A DNA stretch of 64,000 nt from the NCBI GenBank assembly GCA_964016885.1, contig OZ024756.1, positions 23,002,001 to 23,066,000 of the forward strand, read 5' to 3'. The notes under the pieces were generated by a model. It saw only the letters and a program-made list of their open reading frames with translations. It was not told the DNA's origin and did not search any database. The stretch is from Eledone cirrhosa. Lineage: Eukaryota. Positions 1 through 11,426 of the stretch are shown here, piece after piece (the first letter of the stretch is position 1; each line of letters starts with the position of its first letter). Both the position numbers and the translations under genes were made by a program.

Positions 1-194
1 GTCATATCACACTTGATCGGTTTGGGGGTTACATTAAGGGAACACATCCACGTGGAGTGTCCAACGACTTATATGTTAATATATGAGTTGGACATTCGGC
101 TGAACCAACACTTCAATGCTCATCGTCTATATCGATGAAGAACCTCTTGTTTCTATTCTACATTTACGTGACGGATTGTGTACTGTATATCGTT

Positions 195-640
195 ATCTTA
201 ATAATTATTTCTAGCATTAACACAAGTCTAGAAATTCGAAGGGAGGGGAAAGTCGGTTATATCTACCTCAGTACTGAACTGGTATTTTAATTTATAGACC
301 CTTTAAGGATAAAAGGTGATGTTCACCTCGACGTGACTTGGACACAGGAGGAAGAAAAGTCGTAAATAAATACTGCAAAGCATCTTGTCCAACGCTCTAC
401 CGACGCTACAAATCCACCATCCGTTGCCATTTTTATAATGGTTTCTGATTTAGCCACTTCAACAATTTTGGGGTGGGGAATGTCAACTAAATTGACCCCT
501 GTGCGTTACTCGTGCTTTATATTATCGACCCCGTGAGGCAGAATAGCAAAGCTAACCCTGGCGGGATTAGAACTGAGAACGTAAAGGGATGTAACTATAT
601 GTCGCAAAGCATGTTGCCGGACGCTCTACCGATCCACAGC
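195..640 (-). mobile_element. Two degenerate copies of the main tRNA-derived SINE (SINE-A)
   Basis: Diverged reverse complements of SINE-A motifs (atcgaccccgtgag, aaagctaaccctggcgggatt, acgctctaccga) at about 195-420 and 435-640. Confidence 0.7.
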
Positions 641-1139
641 CATTTTTGCTATCTTATTAAGGATATAAACATGTAATATAGCGTAGCACTAGATAGATAT
701 TGCCTGGAAAAAATAAATACCTTTGTTAAATAAAAACAAACACAACACAAACAAGCCTATTCTGGACCCCAAACGTGCTCCGTCCTCTCACTTTTATTTT
801 CTGTTGGTACTAGAATAGTGCCTGCTTCTTGTAGCAAGTCAATCTCCTGTCACCTGCACAGAGGCTCTTCCAACTCATTTGTCTTTCCCCTTCTTATAAC
901 TCATGTTACGGTCTCCTACACACAGGCCTTATAAAAATTGATCCAAAAGAGAAAACCCCATCAAATTGAAAATTAACAATTTGCGTACAAATCCGCTGAA
1001 GTCTATTTTGTATGGAATCCCTCGTAGGAGTGGGACTACAAAAATATAAAAACTCTTGGTGGTTTCTTAAACATTTTATTACCATTATTTCTAATGAAAA
1101 AAAAACACTGCCTATAATATTCAGATTATTTTGAAAATA

Positions 1140-1315
1140 ATGAAGAATTTGGAAAGATTTAGTAGCATGTCTCATTATTACGGCGGTAACTTAACTAAGC
1201 TTCTTACATAGAATTATGTGGGAAGGATTTTAGATAATTGTAAACAGCTTAGAATAAACAGCTTATTATTTTAAAAGCGGGGCCGCTTTCATGCAATTTC
1301 GTATCAAAGGGTTAA
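1140..1315. mobile_element. Possible piggyBac-type MITE end
   Basis: Ends ...gtatcaaaGGG-TTAA (TTAA-CCC terminus on the minus strand); no partner end found. Confidence 0.25.
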
Positions 1316-2154
1316 TATGGACAATTTCTGCAGCTGTTTATACAATTTCTGCAGCTGTTTAGCCAAGATCTTCAGCAATGTCATGAGGGTCATTTTCATT
1401 TTTGAAATTCATTAGAAAGGAAATAGCCGAGAGACGAAAATAAAAGTATTTCTGTTCATTTCGTATTATTGCAATTTCATCTATATGAAAATGTTATCGG
1501 TAATTCATAAAAAATAAAAATTCCTTATGAATATTTTTTCATTTTTTTTTTTTCCTCTATTATAGCGGTAAGATATTTTTGCCATTCCAATCAAACAGAA
1601 ATTCATCTTTTGAAATATTTATTTTAAAGAAATTGAATATGAACATATTTTAACGTGTTTATTTTTCATTTTTATTATACAATTTTTTTATTATATGTAT
1701 TTATATATTTATTTATTTATTTATTTATTGTAAAAAATATATTTCTAACAAATTGTATTTCGCAAGATGGATCTCTGGATCTCATTCCATTTTAATTGGG
1801 TTTAAATTAGATATATATTGTTGGTACGTAGTTTCATTTTTTTTATCTTTTCTCGTATCATCTTTTTAACTTTTCTCTTATCGTTTAGCTATCATAGCTA
1901 TATATCTAAGAATAAATTCTACAAAGTTGAATATATTCGTGAAACGTAAAGAAAAAGTGAAAAAGGACTACCCTTTCAGCGGTGAAGGTTTTGCTGGCGC
2001 ATACGGCTAGTGGTTTGTTGGATATGTTGAGTTTAGTAATAGCGAGTCTTCGTTCGAATACAAGTTGGAACCATGTATAAAACCAAGAAGGACAAATGCC
2101 ATGAAACCGATCGGAATTATGTGTAGATATCAGCAGTATAGATTTTCCTTATAA

Positions 2155-2372
2155 GGGCGGTGGATTGGCAGTATTCCGTAGAGGGTCGGACAACATGCTT
2201 TGTGCGGTATAGAGACACGACCTTTTATGTTCTGAATTAAAATCCCACTGAGGTTAGCTTTGTCTTTCATTCTTACAGGGTGGAAAATATAAAGTACCAG
2301 TAACGGACTGAGGTCGATTTAATCTACTTTCGCCTTCCCTTCCAACTGCTGGCCATGTGCCAAAGTAAAAAT
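2155..2372 (+). mobile_element. SINE-A, long subfamily
   Basis: gggcggtggattggcagtat head, degenerate B box, core tttcattcttacagggtggaaaatataaagtaccagt, ggtcgatttaatc segment, ctggccatgtgccaaagt tail. Confidence 0.85.
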
Positions 2373-2435
2373 GATTATAGATCTACACTATATGTATATA
2401 TAGGTGCGTGTGAGTGCGTGTGTGTGCTGGTATTG

Positions 2436-2467
<32 letters not shown>

Positions 2468-2527
2468 GGTGGTGGTAATCGACGTCGTCATCATCGTTAA
2501 ATTCGCGCTGATAGTATTTGTTGTTAA

Positions 2528-2856
2528 GGCGGTGGATTGGCAGTATCAGTAGAGTGTCGGACGCCATGGTTTGAAACATTGAGTTACGTCCCTTTATGAT
2601 ATGAGTTCAAATCCCGCTGAGGTTAGCTTTCCCTTTCATCCTTACGGGGTCGATAAAATAAAGTACCAGTAATGCACTGAGTAATTGCTGGCCTTGTGCC
2701 AAAAGTAGAAACAATTATTTGCTGTTGTTACGGCTCTTTCCATTCTGAGTTCAAATCCCGCCGAGGTTAACTTTGCCTTTCATCCTTACGAGGTCGATAA
2801 AATAAAGTACCAGTAATACACTGGGTAATTGCTGGCCTTGTGCCAAAAGTAGAAAC
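2528..2856 (+). mobile_element. Two tandem SINE-A copies, short subfamily (2528-2712 full, 2728-2856 5'-truncated)
   Basis: A-box-like TGGCAGTATCAG, B box GAGTTCAAATCC, core ctttcatccttacg(g/a)ggtcgataaaataaagtaccagt, tail gccttgtgccaaaagtagaaac; tatttg(t/c)tgtt target repeated three times. Confidence 0.9.
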
Positions 2857-2959
2857 AATTATTTGTTGTTGTGGTGATGCTAGTAGGAGGAGTACTCGTG
2901 GTTGTAGACAGTGCTGATGTTTACAACGGGGTTGTAATTAGCAATAGTTATTGGAGTAC

Positions 2960-4342
2960 TGGAGCATAATGATGCTACTGACATCTGGTGGATTGTAGCG
3001 GGGTAGGGTAGGGGTATAATGATGCTACTGACATCTGGTGGATTGTAGCGGGGTAGGGTAGGGGTATAATGATGCTACTGAGGGATTGTAATGGAGGAGG
3101 GGAGGGGTATAATGCTGCTACTGATATCTGGAGGATTTTTTCGGGGTTGGGTGGGGTTATAATGGTCCTACTGACATCTGGAGGATTGTGGTGGAGGGAG
3201 GTGAGAAGTATACTGATGCTGCTGACATCTGGAGGATTATGGTGAGGGAAGGTGAGAAGCATAATGCTGCTGCTGACATCTGGAGGATTGTGGTGGGGGG
3301 AGGGGGGGAGAAGCATAATACTGCTGCTGACATCTGGAGGATGGGGGGGGGTGAGAAGCATAATACTGCTGCTGACATCTGGAGGATTGTGGTGGGGGAG
3401 GTGAGAAGCACAATACTGCTGATGACATCTGGAAGATTGTGGTGGGGGAGGTGAGAAGTATAATGCTGCTGCTGACATCTGGAGGATTGTGGTGGGGGGT
3501 GAGAAGTATAATGGTGCTGCTCACATCTGGAGGATTGTGGTGGGGGGGTGAGAAGCACAATGCTGCTGCTCACATCTGGAGGATTGTGGTGGGGGGGGTG
3601 AGAAGTATAATGCTGCTGCTCACATCTGGAGGATTGTGGTGGGGGAAGGTGAGAAGCACAATGGTGCTGGTGACATCTAGAGGATTGTGGTGGGGGGAGG
3701 TGAGAAGCACAATGGTGCTGATGACATCTAGAGGATTGTGGTGGGGGGGGGTGAGAAGCACAATGGTGCTGATGACATCTAGAGGATTGTGGTGGGGGGA
3801 GGTGAGAAGCACAATGGTGCTGATGACATCTAGAGGATTGTGGTGGGGGGAGAGGGGAGAAGCACAATGGTGCTGATGACATCTAGAGGATTGTGGTGGG
3901 GTGAGGTGAGAAGCACAATACTGCTGATGACATCTAGAGGATTGTGGTGGGGGGAGGGGGGAGAAGCACAATGCTGCTGCTGACATCTGGAGGATTGTGA
4001 CAGGGGGAATGAGGAAGTATAATGCTGCTTCAGATATCTGGAAGATTGTGGCGGGGAGGAGTGTTTATAATGCTGCTACAGATATCTGGAAGATTGTTGC
4101 GGGGAGGAGTGTTTATAATGCTGCTACAGATATCTGGAAGATTGTGGCGGGGAGGAGTGTTTATAATGCTGCTACAGGTACCTGGACGATTTTGGCTGGG
4201 TTGGGTAGAGTTATAACGGTGCTACTGATAATATGTGGAGGATTTTGGTGGGGGAAAGGAGAGGAGGTTATAATGTTGCTACAGATATCTGGAAGATTGT
4301 GGGGCGTGGATATAATGGTGCTACACATATCTGGAAGACATC
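2960..4342. repeat. G-rich minisatellite, about 45-50 bp unit
   Basis: Unit approx. ataatgctgctgctgacatctggaggattgtggtgggggaggtgagaagc; homogeneous centre, diverged edges. Confidence 0.95.
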
Positions 4343-4555
4343 TGGCGTCAATATATCAATTTCAAACCAAATCATTAAATATAGCCATCTTGTGAACAAA
4401 TTTGTTTTTGTAGTCATTAATTTCATATTGGTAGAAGGATATTTTTTGTAAATGATAGACAGATATATAAATTGAGTGAATTCAGGTGTGTATATATTAT
4501 ATATACATTTAAATTGGGATAAACACATATTTATTTAAATATGTGTATATATATA

Positions 4556-4606
4556 TATAGATAGATAGATATGTGTTGATATAATCATATACATACACAC
4601 ACTCAT

Positions 4607-4677
<71 letters not shown>

Positions 4678-4717
4678 AATGAGTGTGTGTATGTATATGT
4701 TTATATCAACATATATC

Positions 4718-4722
<5 letters not shown>
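4556..4722. repeat. Inverted repeat centred on a (TA)n array
   Basis: gttgatataatcatatacatacacacactcattttattt - (TA)n - aaataaaatgagtgtgtgtatgtatatgtttatatcaac. Confidence 0.85.
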
Positions 4723-4762
<40 letters not shown>

Positions 4763-4811
4763 AGCATGAAACTAATAAAACTTTTGCTACCTCTTGTTGT
4801 TTCCTTGAACT

Positions 4812-4855
<44 letters not shown>

Positions 4856-4984
4856 AAAGTTATATTTAAAATTGTTGGGTTACAACTAGTAAATATTTAT
4901 AACTGATATAAAAGCACTCGACAAATATTTGGAGTATATTTACAATATTAAATAAATGGAAACTATATTTATAAAACCATATTT

Positions 4985-5048
4985 ATTTCATTATATATAT
5001 TTCGGGGATATCATATTAACAATATGCTATGCCTTCCTCAGACAGAAT
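4985..5048 (-). ncRNA. Type I hammerhead ribozyme, family F (degenerate)
   Basis: Minus strand: attctgt-CTGAGGA-aggcatagcatatt gtt aatatgatatcccc-GAAA-tatata-TA-atgaaat; helix I is weak. Confidence 0.65.
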
Positions 5049-5050
5049 AC

Positions 5051-5207
5051 AATATAAACAGTTTTATAGATAAATAGATTCGACATACCGTTAACACCGA
5101 CTTCCATTTGAAGAGGTTTAAGCTGGCAGTGCCAGCTTAAACCTCTTCAAATGGAAGTCGGTGTTAACGGTATGTCGAATCTATTTATCTATAAAACTGT
5201 TTATATT
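5051..5207. repeat. Perfect palindrome (78-bp arms, 1-nt centre), inverted end of the family F element
   Basis: 5051-5128 is the reverse complement of 5130-5207; followed by (TA)n. Confidence 0.95.
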
Positions 5208-5216
5208 TTATTTAAT

Positions 5217-5288
<72 letters not shown>

Positions 5289-5599
5289 AAAAGTAAACAG
5301 AAATAACAAATTAGACGACACAGTAAAAAATAAAATAAAGAAGTATATAAGTTTAACGCTTGATGTCGTAGGAAAGGGGTCGTATGTATATGAAGATATA
5401 TCTATATATATATGTGTGTGTGTGCGTATACATACATTTCTGCGTACTAGTAAGTATACAACCACAGGAACTTTCATAAGCCTTCTATAGATTTCTATCA
5501 AATCTTTAACACAACACTTTTATGTTAACAAAGACTAATATAAAAGAGACAGAAACGAAAACAACCAAACAGTGAGTGTGTTCTGTTATTTCTGGCAAT

Positions 5600-5719
5600 A
5601 TTTACGGCCATATCACGCTGAAAACACCGGTTCTCGTCCGATCACCGAAGTTAAGCAATGTCGAGCCTAGTTAGTACTTGGATGGGTGACCGCCTGGGAA
5701 CCCTAGGTGCCGTAAGCGT
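5600..5719 (+). rRNA. 5S: 5S rRNA copy, probable retropseudogene
   Basis: tttacggccatatcacgctgaaaacaccggttctcgtccgatcaccgaagttaagc...agtacttggatgggtgaccgcctgggaaccctaggtgccgtaagc matches eukaryotic 5S with box A and box C; followed by A10 instead of an oligo-T terminator. Confidence 0.95.
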
Positions 5720-5731
5720 AAAAAAAAAATA

Positions 5732-5916
5732 GGGCGGTGGATTGGCAGTATCGGTAGAGGGTCAGACACCATGCTTTCCAGCATAGTTACGACCCTTTAC
5801 GATCTGAGTTCAAATCCCGCCGAGGTTGACTTTGCCTTTCATCCTTACGGGGTCGATAAAATAAAGTACCAGTAATGCACTGGGTAATTGCTGGCCTTGT
5901 GCCTAAAGTAGAAACA
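5732..5916 (+). mobile_element. SINE-A fused behind the 5S copy
   Basis: Full-length short-subfamily copy; the TSD encloses 5S plus SINE together. Confidence 0.95.
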
Positions 5917-5947
5917 GTTATTTCTGGTAATATTATTACAACAATAT

Positions 5948-6131
5948 GGCGGGGGATTGGCAGTGTCGGTAGAGAGTCGGACGCCATGCTTTGACACAGA
6001 GTTACTGCCCTTGCCATTCTGAGTTCAAATCCCGCCAAGGTTAACTTTGCCTTTCATCCTTACGGGGTCGATAAAATAAAGTACCAGTAATACACTGGGT
6101 AGTTGGTGGCCTTGTGCCAAAAGTAGAAACA
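5948..6131 (+). mobile_element. SINE-A
   Basis: Full length; TSD attattacaacaatatg at 5932-5948 and 6132-6148. Confidence 0.95.
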
Positions 6132-6328
6132 ATTATTACAACAATATGACCCTCCCCAAGTATAACAATATTTGTTTCGACACACGATTTCATATCAAAA
6201 ACCTCGCAAAACAAATTCATCGCCGTCATATATATATATATATATAATATCATTCAATGAAAGTGTGTATATTATATATATAATATTATTCAAAGTATTA
6301 ATAAATGAGAAATATCATAACCAAAGTA

Positions 6329-6395
6329 TATATTTTATTATGCATATTTCAAAGGTACAATGGTGATTCAGCATGTTTTCATCAGATAAAATATA
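6329..6395 (-). ncRNA. Type I hammerhead ribozyme, family F, inside an inverted-repeat element (about 6272-6562)
   Basis: Minus strand: tatattttat-CTGATGA-aaacatgc..gtaccttt-GAAA-tatgca-TA-ataaaatata; 10-bp helix I, imperfect helix II; 3' half duplicated in inverted orientation at about 6485-6562. Confidence 0.8.
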
Positions 6396-6595
6396 TAAGA
6401 GATTGGATATACGACATACCGCTAAGGTACTTGAATCATCAATTGCTGTAATGGCAGTATTCCTGTACTGAAACAGCATTGTAGCTTTGAAATATTTATA
6501 ATAAAATATATACTTTGGTTATGATATTATTTCTCATTTATTAATATTTTGAATAATATTATAGATATTGAATAATATTATATATATATATAAAT

Positions 6596-6780
6596 GGCGG
6601 TGGATTGGCAGTATCGGTAGAGGGTCGTACGCCATGCTTTGACGCACAGAGTTACGGTCCTTGCCATTCTGAGTTCGAATCCCGCCGAGGTTAACTTTGC
6701 CTTTCATCCTTACGGGGTCGATAAAATAAAGTACCAGTAATGTACTGGGTAATTGCTGGCCTTGTGCCAAAAAGTAGAAA
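6596..6780 (+). mobile_element. SINE-A
   Basis: Full length, B box GAGTTCGAATCC, atta(ta)n on both flanks. Confidence 0.95.
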
Positions 6781-6952
6781 TAATTATATATATATATATA
6801 TATATATCAAGCTGTGCTTGAGAACTCTGTCGTCGTCGTCGTCGTCATCATCATCATCATCATCAGAAGAAGAAGAAGAAGAAGAAGGCGAAGAAGAAGA
6901 AGAAAAAGAAGAAGAAGAAGAAGTGTATATCTATATCGTCATACATACACAC

Positions 6953-9822
6953 GCTTAATATTTTGTTTCAGCTGTCACATTGCTATCATATAACACACAT
7001 CTAAAACCACGCAATCAAGATACAAACAGAAAGCCTGGACCAGCGTGGATGCGACAATTAAAAAGCAAAATGTTGTCCCTGCGGCGAAGTATCTCACACA
7101 TCGCAGTCGTTATGAAATGCAACATAGAGAGCAACTTCACACGACACCAGGAAGACCTAAAAAAAAGTTAGATTTGGAGATACAAAATTTAAAACTTTGA
7201 ACTCCAAATTACACCAGTTGAAACAACAGAAAGACTAAAATATAAGTTAACAGCACATAAACGACAAGTGCTAAATAGATTGTTTGCCAGAGATCCTAAA
7301 TCAGTTTATCGCAGCTCAATCCCTGTAAATGACACCCCTTCAAAAGAACAGGTTGAGAGCTACTGGAGATCTGTATGGGAAACGGATGACGGATTCAACA
7401 GATAAACTAATTGGCTAAAAGAACTGGAACAGGACTACTGCCAACATGTCCAGACAAAACAATATGACATAGATGGGTCAATACTGGAAACAGCTCTACA
7501 GAAAATGTCGAATAGGAAATTGCCAGGCCCAGACCTCATTACAGGATACTGGTTGAAGAATTTCACTTTCTATCGGCAAGATCTAATACGGCTGTTTACA
7601 GAAACCATTAAAGGCACACAAGAACTGCTCCAGATGGTTATCAACTGCCACTACTCTCCTCATTCCCAAAAATAGCCAAACCACCCTTGCTAAAAATTAC
7701 CGCCCAATAGCCTGCCAAAACATCATGTATAAATTATATACTGGGTGCCTTAACCTATTCTTACAGGATCACTGTGCTACCAACAACATCATAACACCTG
7801 AGCAAGCTGGTGGAAAGAGGGAGGTGTAGGGTTGCATAGATCACCTACTAACTAACAAAATGATTCAGGAAAAAACAACAAAGAATCGCAGAAACATGAC
7901 TGTCGTGTGGCTGGACTATCAAAAAGCATTTGATAGTGTACCTCATGGGTGGATTATTAAGGCTTTACAGTTAGCCAAAGTCACACAAACATTGGTAGCT
8001 GCTGTTGAACGCCTGACCAAGAACTGGTACACCAATTTGATCCTTAGAGGTGAGAAGGAGCAAGTTAAGACTGATAAGATACATCACCAGAAGGGCATCT
8101 TTCAGGGTGATAGCTTGTCAGTGCTACTCTTCGTTCTCTCGCTGAATCCACTATCTTACCTACTCAGGAAACAAGGTGGACAAAGAAGTGGGTCCAGAAG
8201 TATCTCCCATCTTTTCTTTGTTGATGACCTGAAGTTGTATGGGCCAAATATCAATGACATCAAGAAACAATTGGACCTCATTACACAATTTTCAACCGAC
8301 ATCAAAATGAAATTTGGTGAGTCCAAGTGTACATATTTGGCAGTAAAACGTGGAAGAGCTGAGCCCTCCTCTAGAAATCTAGAGATGAACGGCCTGACAA
8401 TACAACCTCTACAGTCAGGTGACAACTACAGATATCTTGAACAGGATGAGAATGTCAGATATGATGGACCCATAAATAAGGAGAGAACCAGATCTGAATA
8501 CCTCAGAAGAGTAAAGAAAATATGGTCATCAGAACTGTCAGCGTACAACAAATACATTGCCCACAATACTTATGCTGTACCAATTCTAACGCCAACATTT
8601 GGCCTGCTGAACTGGTCATTGCAAGAACTAAGTGAGATGGATGTTAGAACTCGCAAACTTCTCAGTGTTACTGGAAACTTTAACATCAATGGTGATGTGG
8701 ATAGGCTATACTTCTCACGCAAGGAAGGTGGCCGGGGTCTAAAATCAATACTAACAACATATGAGACCCGGATAGTAACAGTGAAGCAACACCTTCAACA
8801 GAGGAAAAAGGTTGGCAACCATCTTGCCCAGGTTTATGAGCGTGAAAAAAAAAATATCATTAGAATAGCGACTGATCTGGAGGAGAGATATGGAATAAAG
8901 CCTGATATAAATCTCTCACCCAGAGAAATCGGAAGATCCTATTCAATGTTCAAACAAGATAAAGAAATTGACCAATTTACAGAAAAAGTTGTTCATGGAT
9001 ACTTGAGACGTAAAACACAGACCATAGAGGGGATAAACCACTCAAAAAGCCTGGCATGGAGTTCCGACAAGTTTATGACATCACACCTTGAGGGATATCT
9101 CTATGCAATACAGTAACAAGAACTCCCTACCAAATATCTGCTGCACAAAAAAGGAGGGCCAGCAGCTGACAATAAATGTAGGCTATGTAAAACAAAGATC
9201 GAGGATGTAAGCCACATTGTTGCCAGCTGCGAAAGAATGTCATCTCGCTACTACCTCCCCATGAGACACGGTGGGATATCTAGAACCATCTGGAACGCAC
9301 TTCGGAAAACAAAATTAACAACAAACGAGGAAGAATATATTGAGACAGATGGCACTAAGGAATACTGGTGGAACCTGAAAATAAAAACTGCCACCAAATT
9401 AAAGCACAACCGGCCTGATATTGTTGTTTGGGACCACACATTGAAAACGTGTTCTGTTGTGGAAATCAGCTGCCCACTTGATGTAAACGTTGTCAGAAAA
9501 TACAGGAGAAGGAGGACATCTACGGACCATTGATGAGGAGTTTACAAATCCAGTATCTAAGATACACCTTTAGCCTCATACCCATCATTATTGGAGCTAC
9601 GGGTTATATACCAACCCGCTTGGACCAAAGTATGACTGAACTTGGATTTGCGGACAAAAAGCGCAGCTCCCTAATTCATAGTCTACAAATGGCTGCGATA
9701 GCTGGCACCTTCAAAATTTGCAAAACATTCTTGCGATTCAAGAGATGACAATTTCTTTTCTTTTACAACCTTGCCACCAGGAAGGTGGCCGGTCAAAAAA
9801 AAATACTCGAAATTAAGAGAAA
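6953..9822 (+). mobile_element. 5'-truncated R4/Dong-type non-LTR retrotransposon (RT + CCHC + restriction-like endonuclease), inactivated
   Basis: PGPDLITGYW, NYRPIAC, WLDYQKAFDSVPH, GIFQGDSLS, FVDDLKLY; CRLC..H..C knuckle at about 9175-9230; HNRPDIVVWD..EISCP RLE motif; several stops and frameshifts; (CA)n(TACA)n tail. Confidence 0.92.
7860..9116 (+). pseudogene. Longest surviving ORF of the R4/Dong-type LINE (reverse transcriptase core)
   Basis: 418-aa ORF with RT motifs, bounded by premature stops. Confidence 0.9.
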
Positions 9823-9896
9823 CACACACACACACACACACACACATACATACATACATACATACATACATACATACACACACATATATATATATA

Positions 9897-10573
<677 letters not shown>

Positions 10574-10588
10574 TATATATATATATTA

Positions 10589-10692
10589 GTACTAGCTACG
10601 GCAGTACATATTCTAAAATTGGAACGATACAGAGATGATTAGCACGGCTCCTGCACAAGGATGACACGCAAATTCGTGAAGCGTTCCATATA
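10589..10692 (+). ncRNA. U6: U6 snRNA retrocopy (pseudogene)
   Basis: gtactagctacggcagtacatattctaaaattggaacgatACAGAGAtgattAGCacggctcctgcacaaggatgacacgcaaattcgtgaagcgttccatatt; full length with several substitutions, (TA)n on both sides, no upstream PSE. Confidence 0.95.
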
Positions 10693-11239
10693 TTATATAT
10701 ATATATACACATATATATACATATGCATTTTCAAAGAAACAAACATATATCGTAAAACCAAGGGTGGTTTCTGGCAAAAATATTAAGTTCATCAGCCAAG
10801 AAAAAATTCTATGGACTGAATCTCACTGACAAGGCCTTCTTCGGCTCAGTTTGAAGACACCCGACCCAAAGTTTTGTTTGGGCGAATATTTGACTGCTAT
10901 TTCTTGTCATTTGCTCTCTAGGTTTGATCAAGACCTTCTTCGAAGTTTCACATTAATGGTGGTAATTTTAATTACGAGTTTACACCACCACTCTCCCCTC
11001 CCCCACCCCCACCCCCAAGATATCAACAATAGTTATATTGTTGACACCTTTGGCGGGGGAAGAAAATATCTCGTAATTAATCTCAAATCCATTAACGTGG
11101 TTCTTAATAATTAAAATACGGATTTTTTGGTGCTAATTTCTGTGATTAATGTTATGGCAGAAACTTAAAAGGAAATTCTTTGTTGTTTGTGTGTGCGTGT
11201 TTCGCTTGGTGTTTGCAAGTTGCCCCAGCGTCTGTTCCC

Positions 11240-11240
11240 G

Positions 11241-11272
<32 letters not shown>

Positions 11273-11385
11273 CATGTTTTCGTGCATGTTATTGTAGTTG
11301 TTGTTACTTTTATATCTTATTTTAATTGTTGTTGCTGTTATCGTGGTTGTTGTTGTTGTTGTTGTTGTTGTTGCTGTTATCGTGG

Positions 11386-11426
<41 letters not shown>

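Larger units (their letters stand above)
5562..6228 (-). mobile_element. (TA)n-associated short element interrupted by the 5S-SINE chimera and a second SINE
   Basis: 5562-5600 + 5933-5947 + 6149-6228 reconstitute the uninterrupted copy at 56420-56545; carries an HHR-like 3' half gtc-GAAA-caaatattg-TT on minus. Confidence 0.8.

Noticed and set aside
2975-4395. Pro/His-rich repeat ORFs
   Set aside because: Overlapping frames on both strands of a minisatellite with frequent frameshifts in G runs
5100-5160. ttgaaga plus hairpin at the palindrome centre read as a 5' hammerhead half
   Set aside because: Core lacks C3, it is on the opposite strand from the element's HHR, and the stem is explained by the fold-back itself
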